DNA of 34,678 nt, from contig NW_021832165.1 of assembly GCF_006345805.1 (NCBI RefSeq), positions 1-34,678 of the forward strand, written 5' to 3'. This document shows positions 1-9,593 of this stretch, in pieces. The stretch's first letter is position 1; each line of letters opens with the position of its first letter. The notes under the pieces were generated by a model. It saw nothing but the letters and a program-made list of their open reading frames with translations, made no database searches and was not told the DNA's origin. The stretch is from Octopus sinensis. Taxonomy: Eukaryota. Both the position numbers and the translations under genes were made by a program.

Positions 1-626
1 ATGGTTGAGGATATCGACTCCTTACTTGTTTTTCTAAAATGTACCATAAATGTGCAATAATATTGAGATCTGGGGTCTGTGGTGGCCAGATAAGATGTTC
101 AACTTCACAAGAATGTTCCTCATGCCATTCAGTAACAACTTTAGCTGTGTGAATTAGTGCATTATCATCCTGAAAGATCGTGTTTCCCTCCAGAAACAGC
201 TCCGCAAGCGTAGGATGAATTTGATCAGATAAAATGCTTAAATAGCCTTGACTATTAATTTTGCCGTGAAGGGAAACTATTGGGCCAGTGGATTTCCAAG
301 ATATAGCCCCCTCCAAGTTTAACAGTTGGAAAAGGGCAATCTGGGTCAAATGCTTGTTTTGGCTGTTTCCACACGTATACTTGGCCGGTGATCGAAAATA
401 AGGTAAAGGATGACTCGTCCAAGTAAGTAACATTCTTCCACTGCTCTAGGGACCAATTATGTAGGTTTTTACTCCACTATAAATGTTTTGCAACGTTCGT
501 TTTTGAAAGTAGAGATTTTCTGATGGCAGCTCTCCCGTGAATTCCGGCTTTGTGCAGCTCCCAGTGAACAGTTTTTGTAGAAAGACCTATGGTGCTAGGT
601 GTTTCTATAATTTTGTTCAACCCCTG
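1..626 (-). mobile_element. Tc1/mariner (IS630-Tc1) DNA transposon remnant, DD36E-type transposase, internally deleted, runs off the window start
   Basis: Minus-strand translation gives ...QWKNVTYLDESSF...IFQDDNALIHTAKVVTEWHEEHSCEVEHLIWPPQTPDLNIIAHLW..., with a stop and a frameshift/deletion. A TIR-like end CAGGGGTTGAACAAAA (minus) finishes at 626, followed by TA at 627-628. Confidence 0.9.
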
Positions 627-706
627 TATCTCACTAACTATCTATCTTTCTCTCTCTCTCTTCCTCTCTCCCTCCCTCCCTCTCTCTCTCTCTCTCTCTC
701 TCTTTC

Positions 707-791
707 TTATTTCTTTATTGGCCACAAGGAGCTAAACATAGAGGGGATAAACAAGAACAGACAGTGGGACTGAACCCGGAACCATGTGGTT
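707..791 (-). mobile_element. Chimeric SINE fragment: 3' tail of SINE family A fused to the head of SINE family B
   Basis: ttatttctttattggccacaaggagctaaacatagagggg matches the family A tails at 11401-11473 and 15887. It runs directly into cagtgggactgaacccggaaccatgtggtt, which matches the family B head (cf. 22790-22830). Confidence 0.65.
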
Positions 792-829
792 CATAATATA
801 TATGTGTGTATATATATAGATAAGAGAGA

Positions 830-890
830 GAGAATAGAGAGATAGATAGATAGATAGATAGATGATAGATAGATAGATAGATTGTTGATG

Positions 891-939
<49 letters not shown>

Positions 940-1041
940 TATAGATAGATAGATAATAATATCATAAATATATTATATATATATATATAATATATATACT
1001 ATATATATATAATATATATAAAACAGGTTACGTACGCTGCT

Positions 1042-1072
<31 letters not shown>

Positions 1073-1090
1073 GTATATATAATATATAAA
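830..1090. repeat. (TAGA)n and (TA)n microsatellites
   Basis: Directly visible simple repeats. Confidence 0.95.
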
Positions 1091-1095
1091 AATAC

Positions 1096-1275
1096 AAAAT
1101 GGAGACAATAACGTAAAACATTCAAATAGCCTACAAAAACACACGGACGGGGTCAAGATTAGTCAGCCGAAATTGCGAGGATGATCCGTTCTTGACTGAA
1201 GATGAGAGGCTTCGAATGACCCGTCCGTATTTTTTGTATCGTCTATTTGAATGTTTTGCGTTCTTGTCCCATTTT
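1096..1275. mobile_element. Foldback/MITE-like element with ~60-bp imperfect terminal inverted repeats, inserted in (TA)n
   Basis: Left arm aaaatggagacaataacgtaaaacattcaaatagcctacaaaaacacacggacggggtca aligns with the reverse complement of the right arm, aaaatgggacaagaacgcaaaacattcaaatagacgatacaaaaaatacggacgggtca. Confidence 0.7.
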
Positions 1276-1744
1276 AATATATATATATAATATATATATA
1301 TATAATATATATATTATATAATATATATATATATATATAATATATATATATATATACATATTGCATGTCTGCATGTATGTTTGCACATGTCTGTATGTAT
1401 ATCTACTTACGCTTAAACTCACTCTCTTCATATATAGTAAGGCACGTCCCATGCACATAAGATTTTAGAATCTCCGGTAGAAAAATGGATTAGTGCTAAC
1501 GTACTTTACGTATGGAGGTATCAAGGACAAACACATTAGCAACAATTCTGTTAGTGAAAATTAGTGCTGTAATAAGTAGAAGTAAAACATAATCTTAATG
1601 ACTAATATTAATTAAATCTGGTCTGGTGATGCAGAGAAGTAACAAATCAGAAATTACGACTTACTAAAATTAGTATCGCACATGAAAGGAGTTGATGAAG
1701 GTATCAACGAGACCATAGAATAAAGGAAAGTTGTAATACGGGAT

Positions 1745-1860
1745 GAGCTGATTGGGCGCAGCTGTCTGGGCGCAGACAGTTTGGCACATCTGACATGGCG
1801 TTCAGTCTGTTTGACGTCAGCACGTTTTGTCACAGGATGCAAATGCGTGCGCACGCGAAA
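1745..1860. promoter_or_regulatory. Candidate cis-regulatory module (CCAAT, E-boxes, CRE, octamer, GC-rich palindrome)
   Basis: ATTGG 1751-1755, CAGCTG 1759-1764, CATCTG 1787-1792, TGACGTCA 1812-1819, ATGCAAAT 1837-1844 and palindrome GCGTGCGCACGC 1845-1856, all within a CpG-retaining unique island. Confidence 0.35.
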
Positions 1861-2296
1861 GCATGCATATACGGATGAAAGAAGTAAGAGAAAGAGAAAA
1901 ATTGGAAGGGGACAGAGAGAATGAAAGGGACAGAAAGGGACTGAAAGGGACATTTCAATTTACCGTAATTACCAACGTATTATACACACTCTCGCATAGG
2001 ACGTGATTCTATTTTAGATGTATATTTTGCAAGAAAAAGTTTTAATGTTTCATCACACATTCATATACTCAGATGCATGACAACTTTTTAATACATTAAA
2101 CATTTTTTAAATAGGGCATCTTTTACGCTGGATATATAAGGTGTTAATTGAAAATGATTGGAATAAACAGTTTCCCCTCTTCGCTTGCTCATGAAGAGAA
2201 GCATGGCCATACACATAAACGTAGAGAAGAAACGGGGGTGAGGACGAGTACGAGAGAGACACTAAAGCGTCGAAATTAGTGACGGCAAAAAAAAAT

Positions 2297-2337
2297 TAAA
2301 TAATAATAAAAATAATAATAATAATAATAAAAATAAA

Positions 2338-2382
<45 letters not shown>
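2297..2382. repeat. (AAT)n microsatellite
   Basis: Directly visible. Confidence 0.95.
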
Positions 2383-2383
<1 letters not shown>

Positions 2384-3006
2384 TGCCCTGATGCATTACC
2401 AATGCCCCGATGCAGTACCAATGGCCTGATGCAGTACCAATGCCCTGATGCAGTACCAGGCAGTGGTTCTCATGGCTTCTGATCTTAACTGATTGGAAGT
2501 GTTATCATGTACATTGTTTTGTCTTGGTATAAAAGATGGGCTACAGCAAATATTCTGCTCAATACCACAGATTTACTTGTCAGTTGTTTGACCTTAACTA
2601 GTTGAGCATGTCCCTTAGTGGCTGACGATATGTGCATCTCTGATCACGAGCAGAAGTAGTGGGGGAGCATCATAGCTATGTGTTGAGAGGGATTCTTTGG
2701 GGTTTGAATAATTCACCTCTGGTAACACGGGTGTTTCGTTCAACATCCTTAAACAACTCTTATTCAGGAACCTTTGGAGTGGGTTGGGCTACTCGACCAG
2801 AAGAAAATTCTAACTGGGCCCCACCTGCAAGGTTATGCACTGTTTATCTTGATATGAGATCACCATGTCGCGCACATATGGTTGTGATGCATGTACCTGG
2901 TGTACTCTTATCAGACGGGTAGTCATGATGGGTATACTGGGCTTCGTATATTTTACCCCGGTGTCACTTTGATGGCATGTACTGCTCTCTCACTCAATAA
3001 TAATAA
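2383..3006 (+). mobile_element. ~620-bp non-coding retroposon-like repeat embedded in (TAA)n, with a 4x19-bp tandem at its 5' end
   Basis: Flanked by (AAT)n on the left and caataataataa on the right. No credible ORF. It resembles an abundant octopus interspersed repeat as I recall it (not searched). Confidence 0.6.
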
Positions 3007-3112
3007 AATGGAAAAAATATTATCTGAACTTTGAATAAGTATGGACGTAAATATTGTTTGTGTTTCAGTTGCATTAGAACTCATCAGCGAAGTAACTTTT
3101 TCCAATATTTAC

Positions 3113-3263
3113 CAGGCCTACTGACAAAGTAATACTATACGGCTGCACATGAAATCTTTTAAGCACGTTTTTTTGTACAGTTGTGCAGTGATTCTGTAGC
3201 ACTAAATCTGATAAGCTCTGATGATATTTCACAAGACTGTAACTAATCGGGGTCACTTCAATG
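3113..3263 (-). CDS. Weak candidate internal exon (151 nt; IEVTPISYSLVKYHQSLSDLVLQNHCTTVQKNVLKRFHVQPYSITLSVGL)
   Basis: Minus-strand acceptor ttgatatttcctAG and donor GTAAAT bracket the only open frame. No recognisable homology. Confidence 0.2.
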
Positions 3264-3894
3264 CTAGGAAATATCAATTAAAATTAGTATTTTATTTTCT
3301 CCGCCATTGCATGCTTAATTCTGGTTTTAATTTACATTTCAGAGTTATCACTACTTCCTTTGATCAGATTTTAATTAACATTAGTTATTGAAATTATATT
3401 TTCAAAAAGGCAATCTTAATTAATCAAAATATTATGTTCACTACATTAAGTTTGTTAGCGCTCATTTGGTTATTGTGCTTTTCGTGGATAGCGTCCCTAC
3501 GAAATACCCCTCATTCATTACAAACAGATGTCTTTCGTTTGACAAAGTCTCAGTTCAGTGTGCTATATACATGTATGTATTATACTTAAAGTATATACAC
3601 TTGATTGGCCAGTTGTCCTGAGGTAACATCTTTTATGAACTTACCGTGCTTGGGAGCACAGTAATAGACTTAGATATAATATGCTCGGGAGACGACTATT
3701 CATCACGGCAGTGGCTAGCAGGAATGTTAGATACATTTCGCCCTCCTAGGCCTTTTCAATGGAACGTATTCGTGAGCAGTCACATGATCGGATGAGAATT
3801 AATCTCCTCTGATATATGAAAACGTGAATAAAACATTCACTGATGTTGCTAATAGCTGCTCAGCTTATCGACCGTGTATATACTTTAAGTCTGA

Positions 3895-4060
<166 letters not shown>

Positions 4061-4186
4061 TAAGGGTAAATAATTTCTATAATGGTTTTTAAAAAAAGAC
4101 CACAATTATTTACTGGTAGAATTCGGTATGTAAATATAGCCGATTACCGGCAGGAACTTCTGTAAAGTTCAGTATATATATTGTAT

Positions 4187-4831
4187 ATAAGAAAAAGGGA
4201 CAGGCAAACGGTTGCTTGACCCGCCATACCGAAAAAAGTAGAAATAGCAGTCAAAAATGCTTATTTCTAATTTCCACAAATGGGGCTCCCGGCACGACAA
4301 ACCCTGTAATTCACATATGCAAAAAAGAAGGAATAGATATTCGAAAACGAAGTCTGGTGGTTATCTGTGAAATCATGTTTCTGGATATAAACATATTGAA
4401 TATATATTTCATATATACTTTTGATATATATTTCATATATATTGCATATATATTTCACATCCTTCTTCAGCACAGCTTTCCATTGAAATAGATTTATCAT
4501 AGATTTATCAAATGCTACGTACCTCAAACCTTCTGACCATGCGACATCAAAATATTTGAAGAAAGCGAGCAAAGGCTAAACCTACATAGACGTTTGAATT
4601 CATAAATCTTCCCTCCAAAATTTGCCATGCGCACTACAAAAATAGTTCCATAGGAGTAGGAACATGTTCACAGATAACCACCAGACTTCGTTTTCGGATA
4701 TCTATTCCTTCTGTTTTGCATATGTGAATTACAGGGTTTGTCGTGCCGGGAGCCCCATTTGTGGAAATTAGAAATAAGCATTTTTGACTGCTATTTCTAC
4801 TTTTTTCGGTATGCGGTCAAGCAACCTGTTT

Positions 4832-4835
<4 letters not shown>
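4187..4835. mobile_element. MITE / non-autonomous DNA transposon with ~170-bp near-identical TIRs
   Basis: 4210-4379 is the reverse complement of 4661-4825 (ggttgcttgacc...gaaaaaagtagaaatagcagtcaaaaatgcttatttctaatttccacaaatggggctcccggcacgacaaaccctgtaattcacatatgc...gtctggtggttatctgtgaa). Both flanks are TA-rich. Confidence 0.85.
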
Positions 4836-4930
<95 letters not shown>

Positions 4931-5080
4931 TATAATATATCATATATATATATATATATATATAATATACATATATATATATACATATATATATATATAC
5001 ATATTATATATATAATATAATATATATTATATATATATATATATATATATTATATAATATAATATATATATATATAGTTA
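4834..5080. repeat. Long (TA)n microsatellite
   Basis: Directly visible. Confidence 0.95.
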
Positions 5081-5199
5081 TTTTAATTTAATGCCATCTC
5101 AATTGCCTATACCGGATTTTTATTCAGCCCGACGGTTATTTGCAATATCAGATAGTATTTCATTCACTTATATGAGAGACGATGAATTCTCGTTCAAGC

Positions 5200-5347
5200 A
5201 TATGGTTGGCTGCGACTACGCGCAATTTAAAACGCCCAAAATGGCCGAAATACATCTGATGTTCTCGCTAGCCGCGGCTAGGACAGATGTTCATCTTCCT
5301 TTCATATTTATTTCAGGACCGTAGTAACTTACCAATCGACGGTATGT
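5200..5347 (+). promoter_or_regulatory. Candidate promoter/first-exon region (YY1-like motif, CpG-rich, 5' splice donor)
   Basis: CAAAATGGCCG 5237-5247, perfect palindrome CTAGCCGCGGCTAG 5268-5281, donor-like G|GTATGT at 5341/5342. Confidence 0.3.
5317..5341 (+). CDS. Weak candidate micro-exon (25 nt)
   Basis: Acceptor ttcctttcatatttatttcAG and donor GTATGT. Phase-0 reading is DRSNLPID+g. Confidence 0.22.
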
Positions 5348-6071
5348 ATATATTGAATATGATACATAGATGACAATTTTAAGTTAAAGCTGCCTCAGCT
5401 GCGTATACCAGGTTGTTATATACACAGTATCTTATTGTCCAGGAAATGAATATGTAGTTAAGCAATCCTCAGCGTTCTTGTGTGTATGACTACTCTGTGA
5501 TTCACCGACAACCATTTCGGAAAGCGCGGTTAAGTCTATGATTCACTGATGAAATTATAACATGGCTTAAAATGTATTTGGAGATATATCCTGTTTTTTA
5601 CGATGGTTTTTTTTTTGTTTGTTTTGTAAACCTGATATTAATTAGTGATTAAAACTTTGTTTATTCCTCATAGCATAATTATTTTTAATTAGCTTTTTAA
5701 TATTACCTTCGTTATATATGTTAACGCTAACTTCTCTACTTTCGACGCTAACGCTGTCTCTGAATAATTTAATTTACATAAATATATGACTTAAGCTATT
5801 TCAAGACAGGATAAGCAGACTGAGCTTACTCGTTTAGGCAGACATAACTACGTGATTTTATAAATTCGGTTCGAAGCAACATGGTTTCTGGTTTAATAAC
5901 ATTCGGCGACATCTCAGACCGTAGCCTCGCTTCGGCCACAACATTGAAAGTGAAATTTATAAGACAGTAAATTTTATAGAATCCGTTCGGACGGTTCGTT
6001 CTTGTACTTGGACTCTTGTAGATTTCAACCACTGTTCAGTTTTAAACCATTTCATCTTTGTGTGCATTTAG

Positions 6072-6100
6072 TGGAAGCCATAGTTTTGCAAGTTATTCGG
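6072..6100 (+). CDS. Weak candidate micro-exon (29 nt)
   Basis: Acceptor tttcatctttgtgtgcatttAG and donor GTAGGT. It joins in frame with 5317-5341 to give DRSNLPIDVEAIVLQVIR. Confidence 0.22.
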
Positions 6101-6327
6101 GTAGGTTCTGGTATTAGTATGACCATCGGGGGAAATGTAATAACATTTAACACGACTCCTCCCGACACCTTGGTGCAGTTCGTCTCAATTTCAAAGGATT
6201 ATCGAAGTTTTTCTTACATACGTGTGTGTGTATGTAAGAGTATATATATATATTATATATATATATTTATACCACCCACACACACACACACACCCCACGT
6301 ATATATATTTGATATATATATATATAT

Positions 6328-6365
<38 letters not shown>

Positions 6366-6772
6366 GTGTGTGGTGTGTGGTTATTTCAGGAAGGCCCAAA
6401 TGCTTCTCCTTGGCTCTTTAAGATCCGAATGGTCGTACAGGCGGAACCCTCTTCTTCATGGCTCTGCTACTAAGATGACGTCTTTACGTTTATTTGTGTT
6501 TTGTTTTGTTTTCTACCTATCCTGTAAGCTCCAAAAAGGGACTTTGACGTTACACGATTTCCTCTGTCTAAGCGATTTAAAGAGAAATGTTCATTCTCTT
6601 TGCGGGAGGTGTTGGCGGAAGCTTCATATTTCTGTTGATACAATGTCACATGTAAAACTAGAACATATACTTCCTGTGCTAAGAGCCGAAGCGAATACAT
6701 TTAGGCATTCTCTCTGATATTCGCACGCAGGGGTTTTCAATCTTTTTTTTTTTTTTTTGTCACTATCAGGAT

Positions 6773-7105
6773 AAAAGGTAAAAGGGTAAAGACCCCCTTC
6801 TATCATGAATGACCATGGGATTGCACCTAGAAGGTTCCTCTCCGAGGCACAAGTTCGGGCAAGGTTAATTTATGGAAGACCAGCAGACGTTCAAGCAGAC
6901 CGGCATCTCCTCTCCAAAGCACCGATGTTGTCCAAAGGAAAGACAAAGTGTGGCATCAATGGCGTCACAACTCATTTCTACAGTTGAGTGGACTGGAATA
7001 ACGTGAAACAAAGTGTCTTGCTCAACAGCACAACATAGTTTCCCGGACCGGGAATCGAACTCCCTACCTCGTGACTGTGAATCCGATGCCATCAAGGACA
7101 CTGTT
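6773..7105 (-). mobile_element. tRNA-derived SINE, family C (decayed)
   Basis: Minus head contains ggtagggagttcgattcccggtccggg (B-box-like). The body aligns with 25445-25764 (caactcatttctaca, ggaagaccagcag, gaccatgggattgcacc). Tail is (TTTACC)-like. Confidence 0.8.
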
Positions 7106-7215
7106 TAACTGTACGTGGACAAAATATCTCAAGAATAGATTGAAAGATACCCGTCGTATGTATGTATATATATTATATATATATATATATATATCTATAT
7201 ATATATATATATATA

Positions 7216-7366
7216 CTCTAGCAAAACTGTCCGATGAACGGCAACGGGAAACTCAGAGTAACAGTTTTGTTGAATTTTCTGCTGCTTTAAATAGAGCATA
7301 TTACTCTACCACTGGTATTTGAGTACTCTTTTTCACCCTTGTTTCACATTTATGTGTTTACCCGGT
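7216..7366 (+). repeat. ~150-bp interspersed repeat between (TA)n runs carrying a hammerhead ribozyme motif
   Basis: Unique-looking segment bounded by TA microsatellites on both sides; contains the HHR fold listed next. Confidence 0.5.
7222..7269 (+). ncRNA. Type I hammerhead ribozyme (candidate)
   Basis: Stem I CAAAACUGU(7222-7230)/ACAGUUUUG(7261-7269), 9 bp perfect. Core CCGAUGA 7231-7237. Stem II CG-GCAA-CG closed by an A.G mismatch. GAA 7248-7250. Stem III ACUC-A-GAGU 7251-7259. Cleavage triplet GUA, site 7260/7261. Confidence 0.7.
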
Positions 7367-7549
7367 ATATATTATATATTATATATATTATATGTATATA
7401 TATGGTGTGTAATGTATGTATGTATGTATGTATGTATGTATGTATGTATGTATTTGTATGTAGTATGTATGTGTTTGTGTATTTATGTATGTATGTATTT
7501 CAACATGGCTGTTGAAATACGAGCGGAATTGACTGCAGTTGCTTGACCC

Positions 7550-8024
7550 CAAGAGGATATCTTCCCTAAATGGTTAACGATGCACAGCTGCATCCGATAT
7601 ATTGTGAGCAGGGAAACGAGCCCCTACCACCTAGCGACGACGGGACCAGCAGTACCAATCTGGTTTCGGGTTTTTTCTGCCTTTCTTCAGTACTGGACAC
7701 CTCGTCTGCTAGAGATGGCAGTAGCTTGTCTCTACTCGCACACAGTTGCTGATTTTGTAACGAGCCTAAAAGCCAGTTCTAAAATCTCTCTAGATGATTG
7801 CAGTAGTTATACTAGCAAGCAATGTTCGTAGCACCTTACTGCGATTTTTAACATTCAAGGGGACATTTCCTCTAACTGGTTAACGATGCACAGCAGCATC
7901 TGAAATGTTGCCAGCAGGGGAATGAACTCCTACCACCTTGGAGCCACTTCTAGCAAACGAGGTGTCCAGTACTGAGGAAAAGCAAAAATAGCCCGAAACC
8001 AGACTGATATCCTGGTCCCGTCGC
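7550..8024. repeat. Dispersed duplication with internal inversion (A-B ... A-B'), Penelope-like pseudo-LTR geometry; B carries an HHR-like core
   Basis: 7550-7632 and 7856-7938 are direct copies (83 nt each). 7633-7722 and 7941-8024 are inverted copies. Confidence 0.75.
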
Positions 8025-8092
8025 ATAAGTTTTCGATAGAATATCTACTAAACTTTAAAAGAATAAGCGTTGGGGATGAATTGTTCGTCTGA

Positions 8093-8150
8093 AACCCTTC
8101 AAGGCGGCGCTCCAGCATGGGCCCGTCTAATGACTGAAACAAGTAAAAGA
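8093..8150 (+). mobile_element. SINE family B 3' tail fragment
   Basis: aaggcggcgctccagcatggg...aatgactgaaacaagtaaaaga matches the tails at 18650-18700 and 22385-22432. Confidence 0.6.
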
Positions 8151-9544
8151 TTACAGATAAATGTACTATTACTACCTATAAATAGACAAATAAATCCTTT
8201 ACTTAGTTGTTAACCTAAGAATTAAAGATATTCAAAATCTTAATGAAAATTCTTCGTAATTACTCCGACGTACTTTAGTTGTTTGAATAATTCATTTGGA
8301 ATAAGTTTATTTAAGTAACTGTCTTTTAAGATTGTGATAAGCCATGCAGCTATACGTCTAATATATATAATTTAATTTATAACAAATCTACAATCTACTA
8401 TCTAATTATGAATAGATAGCGGTGCTACTTTATTTATTTTTTTGAAATGTGTCTGCTTAGATTTAAGAGTATAATCCTCATTAAAGTAAACTTTGGCTTA
8501 TTATATGCGTGCTCTAACACGCTATCGTAAAGATAGCGCTTTAGCAGTAGCAAGTTTTGATATGTAGGGAGTAATTAGTGTATGTTTTTACGAGTAAGTA
8601 AAAAGATAAATGGTGAATTGCATAAAGACGTGGGGTTAAATAGCGAATGAAAAGTTGGGTGGAACCTGCCTTCACGGATCGCTAAACGTATGATAATATT
8701 ATAGTATTCTAGCTATAACTATGTGTTATTGTATCTGTTTTTCTGAAATGCATCTGCTTAAGTGTATGTTACAAATTAGACTGTCGTTTGCGACCAGGTT
8801 TAGCGGTAATTTAAAAGCAGAATGAGCTGTCCGTCCTCCTGGGGGAATGGTGGTAGCAAAGCCAGACTATAGTACAGCAACTGCAATTCTTTTTTTGTTG
8901 CCTTACCTTGGAAGAGAAGCAATGTTGTTACAAATGCTTACCTGTGCCACCAGGAGCATCAAGAAAGAAAACTTCCCCCACTTTTCCTGGCGATTGTGGA
9001 ACGCCACACGCACACACATACACACACGCACACACAAAGACACACACACACATACAGTATCAAACATCAGATGAAATGGACGCGTGTGAGAGACAGAGAG
9101 ACAGAGCAAATGAAGGGGTGTGTTGTCGTGTATACGTCCATACATCTATTTTATATGTATGTGTGCATGTGTGTGTGGGAGAGAGTGAGAGAGAGAGAGA
9201 GAGAGAAAGTGAGTGCCACTTAGACATCACTCTCTGTCTGTCTCTGTCTCTGTCTCCCTCTCTCTCTCTCAAAAAGATGCATGCATATGTATTTATGTAT
9301 GTACATATACATGACAACATACTCCTTCACTCTCTCTCTCTCTCACGCACACAAACACACACATAAATGTATACAAGCGTAGATACAAAAACACACGTTC
9401 ACGCAAAAAGTAAATGGAAAAAAAATTACGGAAACTAACGAAGTGTGCGGGTTCAAGCGAAAGAATGCCCATAATTTTGTCGACGCCCCATGTTGAATTT
9501 CAAAATTTTATTGTGATATTTGTGTAATAACGAAATCGTACCTG

Positions 9545-9593
<49 letters not shown>

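Noticed and set aside
1189-1230. CTGAAGA...GAA hammerhead-like string inside the small MITE
   Set aside because: It has GAAU instead of GAAA, a weak stem II, and no stem I/III or NUH in register.
2659-2922. 87-aa ORF
   Set aside because: Lies inside a non-coding interspersed repeat, starts with GTG and has no recognisable motif.
6370-6717. 115-aa plus ORF / possible exon after a pyrimidine tract at ~6528
   Set aside because: The acceptor is AAG, there is no convincing donor, several frames are equally open, and there is no homology clue.
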